NCBI GenBank assembly: GCA_965219345.1 | Contig: OZ244732.1 | Coordinates: forward strand, 1,472,001 to 1,536,000 | Length of the DNA: 64,000 nucleotides | Reading direction: 5' to 3' | Source: Nitrosopumilus sp. | GTDB lineage: Archaea; Thermoproteota; Nitrososphaeria; Nitrososphaerales; Nitrosopumilaceae | Part shown: piece by piece, positions 41,193 to 51,202 of the stretch | Layout: each line of letters begins with the position of its first letter | How positions within the stretch are numbered: position 1 is the first letter of the stretch | The notes under the pieces: model-generated | Told to the model about the DNA's origin: nothing | The model's input: only the letters and a program-made list of their open reading frames with translations | Database searches by the model: none | Program-made: the position numbers and the translations under genes

Positions 41193-41528
41193 ATGAATAT
41201 AGTTGATTTACATGATCCACAGCGAGTAAACAGAACCCCTGATGATGTTGAGACTTTACTCTTCTCTGGAAATTTTATCCAAGATGGTTTTACAGTTTCT
41301 AAAGTGGAATTACGCCTTTACAATGAAAGAACGGATGAAAAATTGGGTGACTATTCTTTGATAACCTCTTTTGTTGAGACTGACAAAGGTTCTGTTGAAA
41401 TGATTTATGATGAAGGATTCCGTGGAGAAGAACCTCTCTCAAGGGCAGCTGAATTTGTGACTTCAAATTTAGGAATATCTGGCTTGATTTTACGCTCAAT
41501 AATTTCTTTACGTCAGAAAACAACATAA
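41193..41528 (+). CDS. Conserved hypothetical protein
   Basis: 111 aa ORF with host-like composition between housekeeping genes. Confidence 0.7.
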   Translation: MNIVDLHDPQRVNRTPDDVETLLFSGNFIQDGFTVSKVELRLYNERTDEKLGDYSLITSFVETDKGSVEMIYDEGFRGEEPLSRAAEFVTSNLGISGLILRSIISLRQKTT

Positions 41529-41592
41529 AAAAAATTCAATATTTTACATTTTTAGTAAACATTTAATTCAATTGTGTCTTCTGTTTGAAATT

Positions 41593-43452
41593 ATGCGTAT
41601 ATTGCAACTGCATTGTGATAGTATTGAGTACACTCCAACAAAAAAGGAGATCCAATCAGCCGAAGATATTGAAAGCCCTGAAACTAAAAGATTTGAGGAA
41701 ATCGTGGTTGCATTTGTTGCAATGGAAGACGGTGATGATTCTTCAGTAGCACAAAATGCAATATCTCAAATAAAAAATTCTATGGAGAAAATTGGTTGTA
41801 AGAAATTATTGTTATACCCATACGCTCATCTTAGCTCTAATCTTGCAAAACCATCTGTTGCCATTACATTACTAAGAGAGATGGAAGATAACGCATCTGA
41901 TCTTGAAGTGTCTCATTCTCCGTTTGGCTGGACAAAATCTTACAACGTACAAGTAAAAGGACATCCACTAGCTGAAAGCTCTAAAGTAATCACAAAAGAT
42001 TCAAAAGATAATAAAGAAATTACATCTGATGCTCTAAAAGGTGAGTCCAAAATCTGTTCTTATTGGAAGATAATGTCTCCTGATGGAACAATGACTAACA
42101 TTGCTGATTTTGATTTCTCAAATCACAAAAAATTAGAAATTTTGGCAAAATATGAATCTGTAAAACAATGTCATGTAGATGAACCTCCTCCACATGTTGC
42201 GTTAATGAAGAAGATGACCATTGCAGATTACGAACCAGCTTCCGATTCTGGTAACTTGAGATTCTATCCTAATGGCCGTCTGATGAAATCTTTGATTGAA
42301 TCTTATGTAACTGATAAAGTAAAGGAATATGGCGGCTATGAAGTTGAAACCCCAATCATGTACGATTCAGATCATCCAAGCATGGTTAGCTACTTTAACA
42401 GATTTCCGGCAAGACAATACAATATTGATTCAGATGGAAAAAAACTCTTTTTGAGATTTGCTGCTTGCTTTGGCCAATTTTTAATGGCAAATCAGTATCA
42501 ATTGTCATACAAGACCTTACCATTCAAACTCTACGAGTTAACAAGGTATAGCTTTAGACGAGAACAATCAGGTGAACTTGTTGGCTTGAGAAGACTCAGA
42601 GCGTTTACAATGCCTGACTGTCATGCGTTCTGTCAAGATATGAATCAAGCAGTTGATGAGATTAAGATACGATTTGATCTATCTCAAAGTGTTCTTCAAG
42701 AATTGGGTATTGATGAGTCTGACTATGAGATGGCAATTAGATTCACCGAAGACTTTTACAATGAAAATAAATCTGTAATCGAGGAACTAGTCAAGAAACA
42801 TAGTAAGCCAGTACTAGTTGAAATGTGGAAGGAGAAATTCTTTTACTTTGTTCTAAAATGGGAGTTTAACTTTATTGATAATATGGGAAAGGCGTCTGCT
42901 CTCTCTACAGATCAGATTGATGTAGAAAATGCTAGTAGATATGGAATTGAATTTGTTGACGAGAATAATAGTACACAACATCCTATAATCTTGCATAACT
43001 CTCCCAGTGGGGCAATTGAAAGAATTCTTTATGCATTATTAGAAAAAGCTGCAAAAGACTCGAAAGAAGGAAGAAAGCCACAATATCCATTGTGGTTAGC
43101 ACCAACACAGGTTAGAGTAATCCCACTAAAAGAAGAGTTCAATGACTTTTGTGAAACCTTGACTGATAAAATTTCTAGTAATAACGTTCGCGTAGATATT
43201 GATGATAGAAATGAAAGCATTGGAAAAAGAATACGTGAAGCAGAAAAGGAATGGATTAGATACATTTTGGTTATTGGTGATAAAGAAGTAAATTCTGAAA
43301 AACTTAGCATTAGAGACAGACAGACAGGCGACGTCAGGGAGATACCATTTAATGATTTCTTAGATGAAATCAATAAGCAAACTCAAGGAAAACCTTTTAC
43401 TGGTTTGAATTTATCAAAACATCTCTCAAAGAGACCCCCATTGATGGTGTAA
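41593..43452 (+). CDS. thrS: Threonine--tRNA ligase (archaeal type with N-terminal editing domain)
   Basis: MRILQLHCD, YPYAHLSS, SPFGW, LRFAACFG, FRREQSGE, PLWLAPTQVR. Confidence 0.97.
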   Translation: MRILQLHCDSIEYTPTKKEIQSAEDIESPETKRFEEIVVAFVAMEDGDDSSVAQNAISQIKNSMEKIGCKKLLLYPYAHLSSNLAKPSVAITLLREMEDNASDLEVSHSPFGWTKSYNVQVKGHPLAESSKVITKDSKDNKEITSDALKGESKICSYWKIMSPDGTMTNIADFDFSNHKKLEILAKYESVKQCHVDEPPPHVALMKKMTIADYEPASDSGNLRFYPNGRLMKSLIESYVTDKVKEYGGYEVETPIMYDSDHPSMVSYFNRFPARQYNIDSDGKKLFLRFAACFGQFLMANQYQLSYKTLPFKLYELTRYSFRREQSGELVGLRRLRAFTMPDCHAFCQDMNQAVDEIKIRFDLSQSVLQELGIDESDYEMAIRFTEDFYNENKSVIEELVKKHSKPVLVEMWKEKFFYFVLKWEFNFIDNMGKASALSTDQIDVENASRYGIEFVDENNSTQHPIILHNSPSGAIERILYALLEKAAKDSKEGRKPQYPLWLAPTQVRVIPLKEEFNDFCETLTDKISSNNVRVDIDDRNESIGKRIREAEKEWIRYILVIGDKEVNSEKLSIRDRQTGDVREIPFNDFLDEINKQTQGKPFTGLNLSKHLSKRPPLMV

Positions 43453-43455
43453 AAA

Positions 43456-44331
43456 ATGAGCTATCTTGATTTGTACCTAGACAATACTCCATTGATTACA
43501 TCTTCTGATGATAATTCTGAACCTGCAGCAACTATACTTGGCATACCTTTTGATGCTACTCACTCCTACAAACCTGGATGTAGATTTGGACCTGGCGCAA
43601 TTCGTGATGCGTTTAACAATATTGAGATCTTTCATCCTGAACTCCAAGTAGATTTAGAGACTGTAAATATTGAAGATTTAGGAAACACTAGACATACCGT
43701 AGTTGCATCTGAAATGATTGATATGGTAAAAAAAATTACCACTGAACTCTTAGCAAAACAAAGACAACTATTCATTTTAGGCGGAGAACACTCTATCACT
43801 TATGGCACATACACTAGTTTTCCAAAAGATACTGGTTATGTTGTATTTGATGCCCATTATGATTTACGAGATGAATTTGCAGACATTAAACTAAGTCATG
43901 CATCTTATCTCCGAAGAATAGTTGAAGAAAGAGGCCCTGAAAATATTTTACATGTTGGAGCTAGGGCATTTGTAAAAGAAGAGCTGGCATTCTTGAAAGA
44001 AAATAATATCAAAACAATTTCTGACAAAGAAATTCGAGAAGGCAAAGGACCACAACTATTACAAGACTATGTATCTACTTTTGATTCAATTTATTCTAGT
44101 TTTGATCTTGATGTACTGGATCCTGCATTTGCACCTGGTGTAGGAAACCCTGAAGCTGTTGGCATTACATCTAGAGAGCTGTTTGACCTGATCTCTTCTT
44201 TCAAAGAGACTAGGGTAACTGGCGTAGATATTATGGAACTTAACCCATACCATGATAACGGATCTACTGCATCTCTTGCAGCTAAGATAATGTCGACCAT
44301 GATAGCCATGAATTTATCACAAAATCAGTAA
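43456..44331 (+). CDS. speB: Agmatinase
   Basis: GGEHSIT, DAHYD, FDLDVLDPAFAPGVGNPE. Confidence 0.92.
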   Translation: MSYLDLYLDNTPLITSSDDNSEPAATILGIPFDATHSYKPGCRFGPGAIRDAFNNIEIFHPELQVDLETVNIEDLGNTRHTVVASEMIDMVKKITTELLAKQRQLFILGGEHSITYGTYTSFPKDTGYVVFDAHYDLRDEFADIKLSHASYLRRIVEERGPENILHVGARAFVKEELAFLKENNIKTISDKEIREGKGPQLLQDYVSTFDSIYSSFDLDVLDPAFAPGVGNPEAVGITSRELFDLISSFKETRVTGVDIMELNPYHDNGSTASLAAKIMSTMIAMNLSQNQ

Positions 44332-44426
44332 TATTATGTTAATAATTGCCCAAAATGTGTTATTATTGTTCTAATACCTCAAAAAGCACTTTTAAGCAAA
44401 TTTATTCTTAAATTTTTGGGCATAGG

Positions 44427-44830
44427 ATGAAAAAATATGGTGTGTACTTTTAGCACTTGGATTACTACTGTTAGTGCCACTTGGCATTCAATATCAATCT
44501 GAAACAGAAGACAAAATTTCTGATGTAGAATTTACGATCGCCGATATTAATGAAGACCAATTAAGCAAGGTTGGAGTCCCATTTATTGAAAATCAAGGTC
44601 AAGGGGACGAGAAAATCAAATTCTATGCAAAAACTTTTGCAGGAGATGTTTTGGTTACAAAGATGATTTGGTCTATTCAATTCCTACTGAAACAACTGAT
44701 GGCGAATCTGCTACATATGCAATAAAAGAAAAGTTTCTTGGAGAACCACTTGATCCACAAGCTTTAGAAAAATCAATTACCAAAATGAATTATTTCTATG
44801 CTGAAGAAGAGTTTACAAATAACAGTGCCT
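44427..44830 (+). pseudogene. Degraded secreted-protein gene
   Basis: Signal-like start with frameshifts; split over ORFs 44474..44725 and 44668..; truncated where the minus-strand surface gene ends. Confidence 0.4.
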
Positions 44831-44949
44831 GTCTGTCATTTATTTTAAATATTGTTACAAAGTCAGGACCACTTACAGTAAAGCTCAAGGTATCGCCATT
44901 CTCATCAGATGCAAATATGCTTTGAGAGTAAGAGCCGCCAGCAGGTAGT

Positions 44950-46249
44950 CAGTAGTCGGAAATGTCCCCATAAAACCAGCCAACAGATGCTCTCTGATGC
45001 GTTAACATTTTTCGATCATACAGATCTATTATCTACAGTGCCCTTACCCACCTTAGTGTTAGTGCAAAAAGGTGGGCAGGTACACCGTAACAAGATTGGA
45101 GAAAGGATACTTAATACCTTGTCAGCAATACTAGAGTCTTCATCCATAGGATTCTCTACTAGGAAGAATGCTCAATATGGGGTAAGCGAGTTTGTAGCCA
45201 TACTGATGAAGATGTCTGAATCCAACATAGCTTCCGAGGAAGCAATCAGGCTTCTCAAGCACGCAGAAAAGAAGATGCCATCACCCAAGTGGTTTCGCAA
45301 CAGGATAAACTCGCTGGGATCAGGCAGTGCAGACAAACTCTGCAGGGACATGCTCACACGCACCGCAAGACTTGCCAAGAATACATGCCGATACAAGGGA
45401 GGCGTACTAGTAGCAATAGACAAGCACCTGATACCAAGGCATGACAAGGACAACATGTCACATTTGACAAGATCCAAACCAAAGGGCGGTACAAGTAAGT
45501 TCGAGTGTTACGCAACAATGCATGTGGTAGCAGAACGGGTTCCTGCCATTTTGGAGTGCATGCAGGTAACGCGCAGCGTGGATGATGCCGATTTTGTGCG
45601 TAAATTCGTACAAAAACTCAAGGGTTACAGGATACGGGCCCGGCTGCTGCTGATGGACCGCGAGTTCTACTCTACTGAAATAATCAATCTTGTATCAGAA
45701 CATAGATGCAAGTTCCTGATGCCTGCAGTCAAGAACGCGGGGATAAAGAGGATGATACGGGAGCACCACGATAAATCACGCAAGGCAGTCTCACAGTACG
45801 CCATCAGAAACGCAGCAGGTCAGTCTGCCACATTTACATTGATAATCACGCCATCAAAAAAGATAGACGATCCTGATGCTGACATCACGGAAAGATACAA
45901 TGTCTTTGCCACCAACCTTTCCCCAGCCAAGGCATTAGAAGAGATTGAGACGCTTCCAGATGAGTACAAGAGTAGGTGGGGAATAGAGACAGGATACAAG
46001 CAGGTCGAGCAGGTGCGTCCGAGGACAACAAGCCGCAATGCGTCATTTAGGGGAATCATGTTTCACGTCTCGATGTTCATGTACAATGCATGGGCAGTGG
46101 AGCAGTACCGAACAGATTCAAATTATGATCGGGTAACCCTGGCACTTGTCGCATATGCTACGGCAATGGCTGCGTTGGAATTATGCAGGATGGCGGGTCA
46201 ACCGTATGATGTCGGAGGATCTGCCTAAGAGGCATATTTCCGACTACTG
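44950..46249 (+). mobile_element. ISH3-like (IS4 superfamily) insertion sequence, 1,300 bp
   Basis: Perfect 14 bp TIRs CAGTAGTCGGAAAT / ATTTCCGACTACTG; 5 bp TSD GTAGT at 44945-44949 and 46250-46254. Confidence 0.93.
44987..46228 (+). CDS. ISH3-like DDE transposase
   Basis: VAIDKHLIP, LLMDREFYS, YKSRWGIETGYK; start must lie inside the TIR, so the ORF-track start 44909 is too far upstream. Confidence 0.88.
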   Translation: MLSDALTFFDHTDLLSTVPLPTLVLVQKGGQVHRNKIGERILNTLSAILESSSIGFSTRKNAQYGVSEFVAILMKMSESNIASEEAIRLLKHAEKKMPSPKWFRNRINSLGSGSADKLCRDMLTRTARLAKNTCRYKGGVLVAIDKHLIPRHDKDNMSHLTRSKPKGGTSKFECYATMHVVAERVPAILECMQVTRSVDDADFVRKFVQKLKGYRIRARLLLMDREFYSTEIINLVSEHRCKFLMPAVKNAGIKRMIREHHDKSRKAVSQYAIRNAAGQSATFTLIITPSKKIDDPDADITERYNVFATNLSPAKALEEIETLPDEYKSRWGIETGYKQVEQVRPRTTSRNASFRGIMFHVSMFMYNAWAVEQYRTDSNYDRVTLALVAYATAMAALELCRMAGQPYDVGGSA

Positions 46250-47409
46250 GTAGTGTAAGATCATTTATTGGTTGAATTGCAGGAGATCGTACTCCAATGA
46301 GAGTAGTTGTTGTGGAATGGTTAGAATACTCTCCTATTCCTTGCGAGTTTCTTGCCTGAATTCTGTATGTGTATTGTGTGTTGTCTGTTACTGTACTGTC
46401 TGTGTAGGTATTTGTGGTGTGATCGCCATAACTATTCTCCAGTGTTACAAATGAGCCAGCTCCAGTCTGCCTTTGAATGATATAGTGTATGATGTCACTG
46501 CCGCCATCAAATGGCGGACTCCATGAGAGGACAACTGATGAGGATGTGCCAGTTGCTAGAACGTCAGTTATTGTGCTTGGTATGCTCAAATCATAGATTG
46601 CAAAATTATCAATCACCACATCTTCTGTGTTTCCATTTTCTTGGGCAGTAAACCTTACACTAAAGTCATCGTCTCTCCATGCAGAAATATCATATGTCTG
46701 AGTATGCCAGTTGCCATCAAAGTCACGCCCACTATCCCACAATTCTATCTGGTTCCAAGTAGTTCCATCATACACCTCAACTAGGACATAGTCATGTGGA
46801 GGTCGATTTCTTTCAGTGCCATCAAGAGAATTATCAAGCCACCTATCAAATTCCAGTCTTGGGTTGGCAAAACCAGATATGTCAAACTCGTTAAATGTCA
46901 TGATACACGCCACATCACAATCCCTGGAGCGTACTACATTTCCTTCTCGTCCATCAAATTCAGAACCAGATACTATCTGCCATGTGTCATAGTCATGTGT
47001 GTCAGGTGGAATCTGTGCATCTGCAATTATGCTCCAAAAGCCCAATCCGTTATCAAACGAATCTGAAACTCCAGAACCAGTAGCTGTGATGCTTTGCACA
47101 TCTATGTGTATGGTACCTGTGGTGGTATGGCCGTCTCTTCCATCAGTTGCGGTATATGTAAAAGAGTCAAACCCAATGCTACGAGGAGTATACCTTATCT
47201 GGCTTGAGGTAGGAGTGATGTTGGGTAAAGCGTTTGTATCTAGTATTCCCAAAGATGGATAACTGCCAATACTAAATGAAATGTGATCAAGGTCAGCGTC
47301 AGTTGTAGTTATAGGTATTATGATTGGCGGGCCATTTACTGTAACGTTATGATTGGTAAGTAATAATGGCGGTGTGTTTGGTACTGCAAGGAAACCACAG
47401 TCTGCCCTA

Positions 47410-47518
47410 GTTGCAGCCCCTGCACCAAAGGTTCCAGGTGCACATTCGGCTCTAGATTTATGACAGATATGGGAGGTCTAAGGTTGCAGCCCCTGCACCA
47501 AAGGTTCCAGGTGCACAT
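47410..47518. repeat. Repeat-spacer-repeat unit 5: 36 bp duplication flanking a 37 bp insert
   Basis: GTTGCAGCCCCTGCACCAAAGGTTCCAGGTGCACAT at 47410-47445 and 47483-47518. Confidence 0.95.
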
Positions 47519-48221
47519 ACATCAATGGAGTAGCCTTCACGTACATTCTCAAGTGTAGTGGTGCCTGTTGGCACATCCATCCAAGTGTTGCCGTCTTTGT
47601 ATTGAGCCTCAGTAATGCGAGTACTAGGTATTGTGGAATATTGGGTAACGGGAGAGATTGTTCCTTCTGCACCAAAGTCAATATTTAGTACTCTGTCTGC
47701 TTCAAAATTCAGAGGAGATGGCGGGATTAGTCCTAGTGCTCTGCGGTCTCCATAGTACAAATTCCATGTTCCTGAATTATTTTTCTCTATTGCAAATCTT
47801 TTCTCTATTCCTATTGTATCGCCATGCGGATCTGTAATATCCTCAATGTAGATACGCTCATCCTCTTCAAAAGCTCTGGAATATGCATAGTATGCAGATT
47901 CAATTGTGACACATCTACCCTGACTATCAGGTGGATCAATCCAGCCTACAGTTATGCCGTTTTCAATCCATTGTTCTTGTACATTGCTCTGTTCTAGATG
48001 TACCCAGCCGGTAACTACTGCGCCCATCTCCTCACAGGCCTGCTCATCGATATACAAGTCTGGAATCTCAATGTTGTATCGCAATCCCTGGAATTCTGAG
48101 CCAAACGTAATTCCAGTAGTTGTTGTTGCATAACAGTGAGGATCACTACATTGTGCTGATGCGTCATAAACTGTAATTGCTGCAAATGCAACTAGCACCA
48201 CAATGAGCAATAATGGCATAA

Positions 48222-49292
48222 TCACTGCCGCTCAAATATATCTAGAAATATATCCTCGTATGTCTCCAGTGGAACACCTTTCCCCCCTACATTTAGCTCC
48301 AATGTATTGGTAAATAGTGTAACAGATTTAACATTTGGATTAGATGGTGATTCTACAAGTGTTACGTAGGTTCCGCCATGCCTTTCCTCAACTAACACTT
48401 GTGTACTGGCTCCGTTTTTAGTTATTCTATCTATTGTGCTTTGTAACATAGGAACTTCCTTGTATGGAGTTGTCCTGACAAAGATTTCAATTAAAGCAAT
48501 GTCTGATATTTCATATGTCATCATATCAGGAGTGATGGTTACCGTATTTGGAAAATAACTAATGTAAAGGCTCCCACTCTCTCCACTAGCACCGCCAAAC
48601 CATCCAGGTTGGGTAACTGTGATCCACTTTAGTTCAAAGCCTGCGGGTATTGTAGATGGCATCCACTGTCTATAGTCAATTGTATTGACATGCGTTGAAT
48701 TTGATGTAATGACATTTGCAAGTAATGTGTGTGGTGTGATTGTTCCCTCAGATAGGGATGCTGCATTATTTTGCAGTATTTGTGGAATGTCATAGAGGTC
48801 ACCTGAAAATGTCTCAGATACTGCTCTGGGTGCAGGACGTCTTAGTGTTTGTGGATCATAATATCCGTACTCTTCTCCCGAAAACTCTACATCAGAAGTT
48901 ATTGGAAACTTTACAAATTCTTTTGCTGGGTTGTTTGCTGTAGTTGCAGTAGCTAGTGTTGCTGTATCAGTCGGTGTTGCTGTATCAGTCGGTGTTTCAT
49001 GCACATCTGTATTAGAATCTGTGTCTTTTTTATCATCTATGAGTTTATCATTTGTAAACTCTGTCTTGATTATACTCCAGTCCATTCTCTCTGCTGTCTT
49101 TTCTGTAACACATGCTACTGTTCTGCTATTGCCTCGATCTACCAAGATACGATTCTCTCTGCACTGTATATCTTCAGGTAAGATGCCTAATTCTAGCTGT
49201 TTTTTTGGGGAGATATATTCAGAGTATGATGGAATAATTAATGGAGCAATACCAATTAATAATAACACAAATATGAATACAATCTTTCTCAT
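48222..49292 (-). CDS. Secreted protein with thaumarchaeal SPxxQ...C...ACV N-terminal motif
   Basis: Signal peptide; SPKKQLELGILPEDIQCRE...ACVTEKTAERMDW; Thr-rich linker; overlaps the next gene by 4 bp. Confidence 0.75.
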   Translation of the reverse strand: MRKIVFIFVLLLIGIAPLIIPSYSEYISPKKQLELGILPEDIQCRENRILVDRGNSRTVACVTEKTAERMDWSIIKTEFTNDKLIDDKKDTDSNTDVHETPTDTATPTDTATLATATTANNPAKEFVKFPITSDVEFSGEEYGYYDPQTLRRPAPRAVSETFSGDLYDIPQILQNNAASLSEGTITPHTLLANVITSNSTHVNTIDYRQWMPSTIPAGFELKWITVTQPGWFGGASGESGSLYISYFPNTVTITPDMMTYEISDIALIEIFVRTTPYKEVPMLQSTIDRITKNGASTQVLVEERHGGTYVTLVESPSNPNVKSVTLFTNTLELNVGGKGVPLETYEDIFLDIFERQ

Positions 49293-49354
49293 ATGCGATC
49301 AGAGATTTTCATATATTAAAAATATGGCGACCAATTATCTATTAAATCTACATT

Positions 49355-49401
49355 GGTTCTGATGCAAAATAGCGATCTGATCACCAAAATATGCCAGAAC
49401 C
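49355..49401. mobile_element. 47 bp mini-element made of IS6-like ends
   Basis: GGTTCTG...GATCACCAAAATATGCCAGAACC; right half matches the end motif at 11582-11603 and 30299-30321. Confidence 0.55.
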
Positions 49402-49436
49402 GATTATATTGTAGATAAAATGACAAAGAATCACTA

Positions 49437-49808
49437 ATGGGATTCATTGACTTGTTCCGCAAAAAGAAAAAACTAGAATCAACACCTGAACCAGCTAAGG
49501 AAGAACCAGCTAAGGAAGAACCAGCTAAGGAAGAACCAGCTAAGGAAGAACCAGCTAAGGAAGAACCAGCTAAGGAAGAACCAGCTAAGGAAGAACCAGC
49601 TAAGGAAGAACCAGCTAAGGAAGAACCAGCTAAGGAAGAACCAGCTAAGGAAGAACCAGCTAAGGAAGAACCAGCTAAGGAAGAACCAGCTAAGGAAGAA
49701 CCAGCTAAGGAAGAACCAGCTAAGGAAGAACCAGCTAAGGAAGAACCAGCTAAGGAAGAACCAGCTAAGGAAGAACCAGCTAAGGAAGAACCAGCTAAGG
49801 AAGAATAA
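49437..49808 (+). CDS. Short protein made of 21 EPAKE repeats
   Basis: MGFIDLFRKKKK leader followed by in-frame repeats. Confidence 0.6.
   Translation: MGFIDLFRKKKKLESTPEPAKEEPAKEEPAKEEPAKEEPAKEEPAKEEPAKEEPAKEEPAKEEPAKEEPAKEEPAKEEPAKEEPAKEEPAKEEPAKEEPAKEEPAKEEPAKEEPAKEEPAKEE
49488..49802 (+). repeat. 21 perfect tandem copies of GAACCAGCTAAGGAA
   Basis: Read directly: 315 bp. Confidence 0.97.
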
Positions 49809-50017
49809 AACCAATAAATTAAACTATCTTTTTGTTTATCTGTGACAGTGCACCAAAACCGAATAAACAGTTTAAGACATTTTTGATCTCTAAATTGTGA
49901 ATATAATCATCTAAAAATCAATGTTAAATAATATGAGCCAACTTATCCCAATACTCTCCAATACGTCATAATTGATGCCAAGCAAACAAATGCAAGATAG
50001 TTCTCTGAACGCCTTTC

Positions 50018-51113
50018 ATGTCTGATTCTGGTTCCGTGAAATCCGTTTTTCAACCGCGTAAGGAATCTCTCTGCAACAGATCCTGTCTTGCCTACAGGAG
50101 ATGGTTGTGTTTAGGATTTTTGCAAGGCCCAGAATATCCATTGTTATTGTCAACAGAACTACAAGAAAAACTAGCAGAATATAACAAATCAAAGATTCCT
50201 TCTGAAACTGTACGAATAAGAATAGGATTGCATGCTGGAAATTGTTTTGTAATAGAAGATATTGTAGGCAACAAAAACATCTGGGGACCTGGAATTATTT
50301 TATGCAGACGTGTAATGGACTTTGGAGATGATGGTCACATCTTAATGACTCCTAGATTAGCTGAAGACCTAAGAGAGTTATCTGATGACTATGCTAGTAT
50401 CATCAAACCAGTACATGACTTTACCATTAAACATGGAATGACATTATTAATTTATTCAGCATATGATGGTAAAACATTTGGAAATCCAAAACATCCAACC
50501 AAAGGTGAAGCACAAAAAAGCAAGTGGGGCAAAGAAATTCTCAGACTTTAACATACTACTTTGTATTCCCAAATCAAAGCTCATCTTACAGTAAGACCCA
50601 AAAACAATGTTAGTCCATCACAAACGATTTTATGAAACTGAAAACATTTCTGATGAACCAATTAAAGATGTCCTACACGGAATAGCAACTGATGTTGAAA
50701 AATATTCTCTAGATGATCTTAAAGTATACACATATGATGAAAACAATCGAGAAATGAAAATCTCTAGTATTAGCATGAATAAACCTGACATCAAAGAGTT
50801 TACCACAGGATTTATTGAACCCATTGTCAAAGGAGAGAAAGCTCGTGGGTATACAATATAATGTGAAACTGAAGAACCTGAAAGATATTATGAAAATGCG
50901 TTTTTGATTGATTGTGGCAAGTTTGAGTTGGGTCTGACATACCCAAAAAGTGATTCAATCAAAAAACCAATTCTATCTAATGTCAATTAAGAAACTGATG
51001 CAAAAACAGAATCCAATGTTGAACCAGTGATTACGGAAGATGGTGATAATATCAAAGTAATATGGAATTTAGAGTCAGTTTTGAAAGGACAGACATTTAG
51101 AATTGATTGGTAA
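50018..51113 (+). pseudogene. Class III adenylate/guanylate cyclase, degraded
   Basis: LPTGDG (out of frame), IRIGLHAG, NIWGPGIILCRRVMD; frameshifts and stops; the first catalytic strand is missing. Confidence 0.8.
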
Positions 51114-51202
51114 TGTCAAGCCTAGTTTTGTAAATTTTGACTTGATTTTACCTCATTTTTGTTCCTGTTCCCTTTATTAGCTAGTGATGTTGGGATTATC
51201 AC

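Larger units (their letters stand above)
44796..48225 (-). pseudogene. Secreted multidomain surface protein (N-terminal beta domain, cadherin/Ig-like, jelly-roll, FN3), broken by a repeat-spacer insertion and an IS
   Basis: Removing 73 bp (unit 5) and the IS plus one TSD gives one 684-codon frame; FN3 motif LSWSPPFDGGSDIIHY...YTYRIQARN; DSFTYTATDG. Confidence 0.85.

Noticed and set aside
11340-47518. Calling the five repeat-spacer-repeat units conventional CRISPR arrays
   Set aside because: Each has only two copies, the repeats are unrelated to each other, and at least two are demonstrably native coding sequence; no leader or cas genes seen
48957-48997. 18 bp tandem duplication in a Thr-rich linker
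   Set aside because: Ordinary in-frame linker expansion with no unique insert
49479-49814. Minus-strand (FFLSW)n ORF
   Set aside because: Reverse reading of the EPAKE tandem repeat
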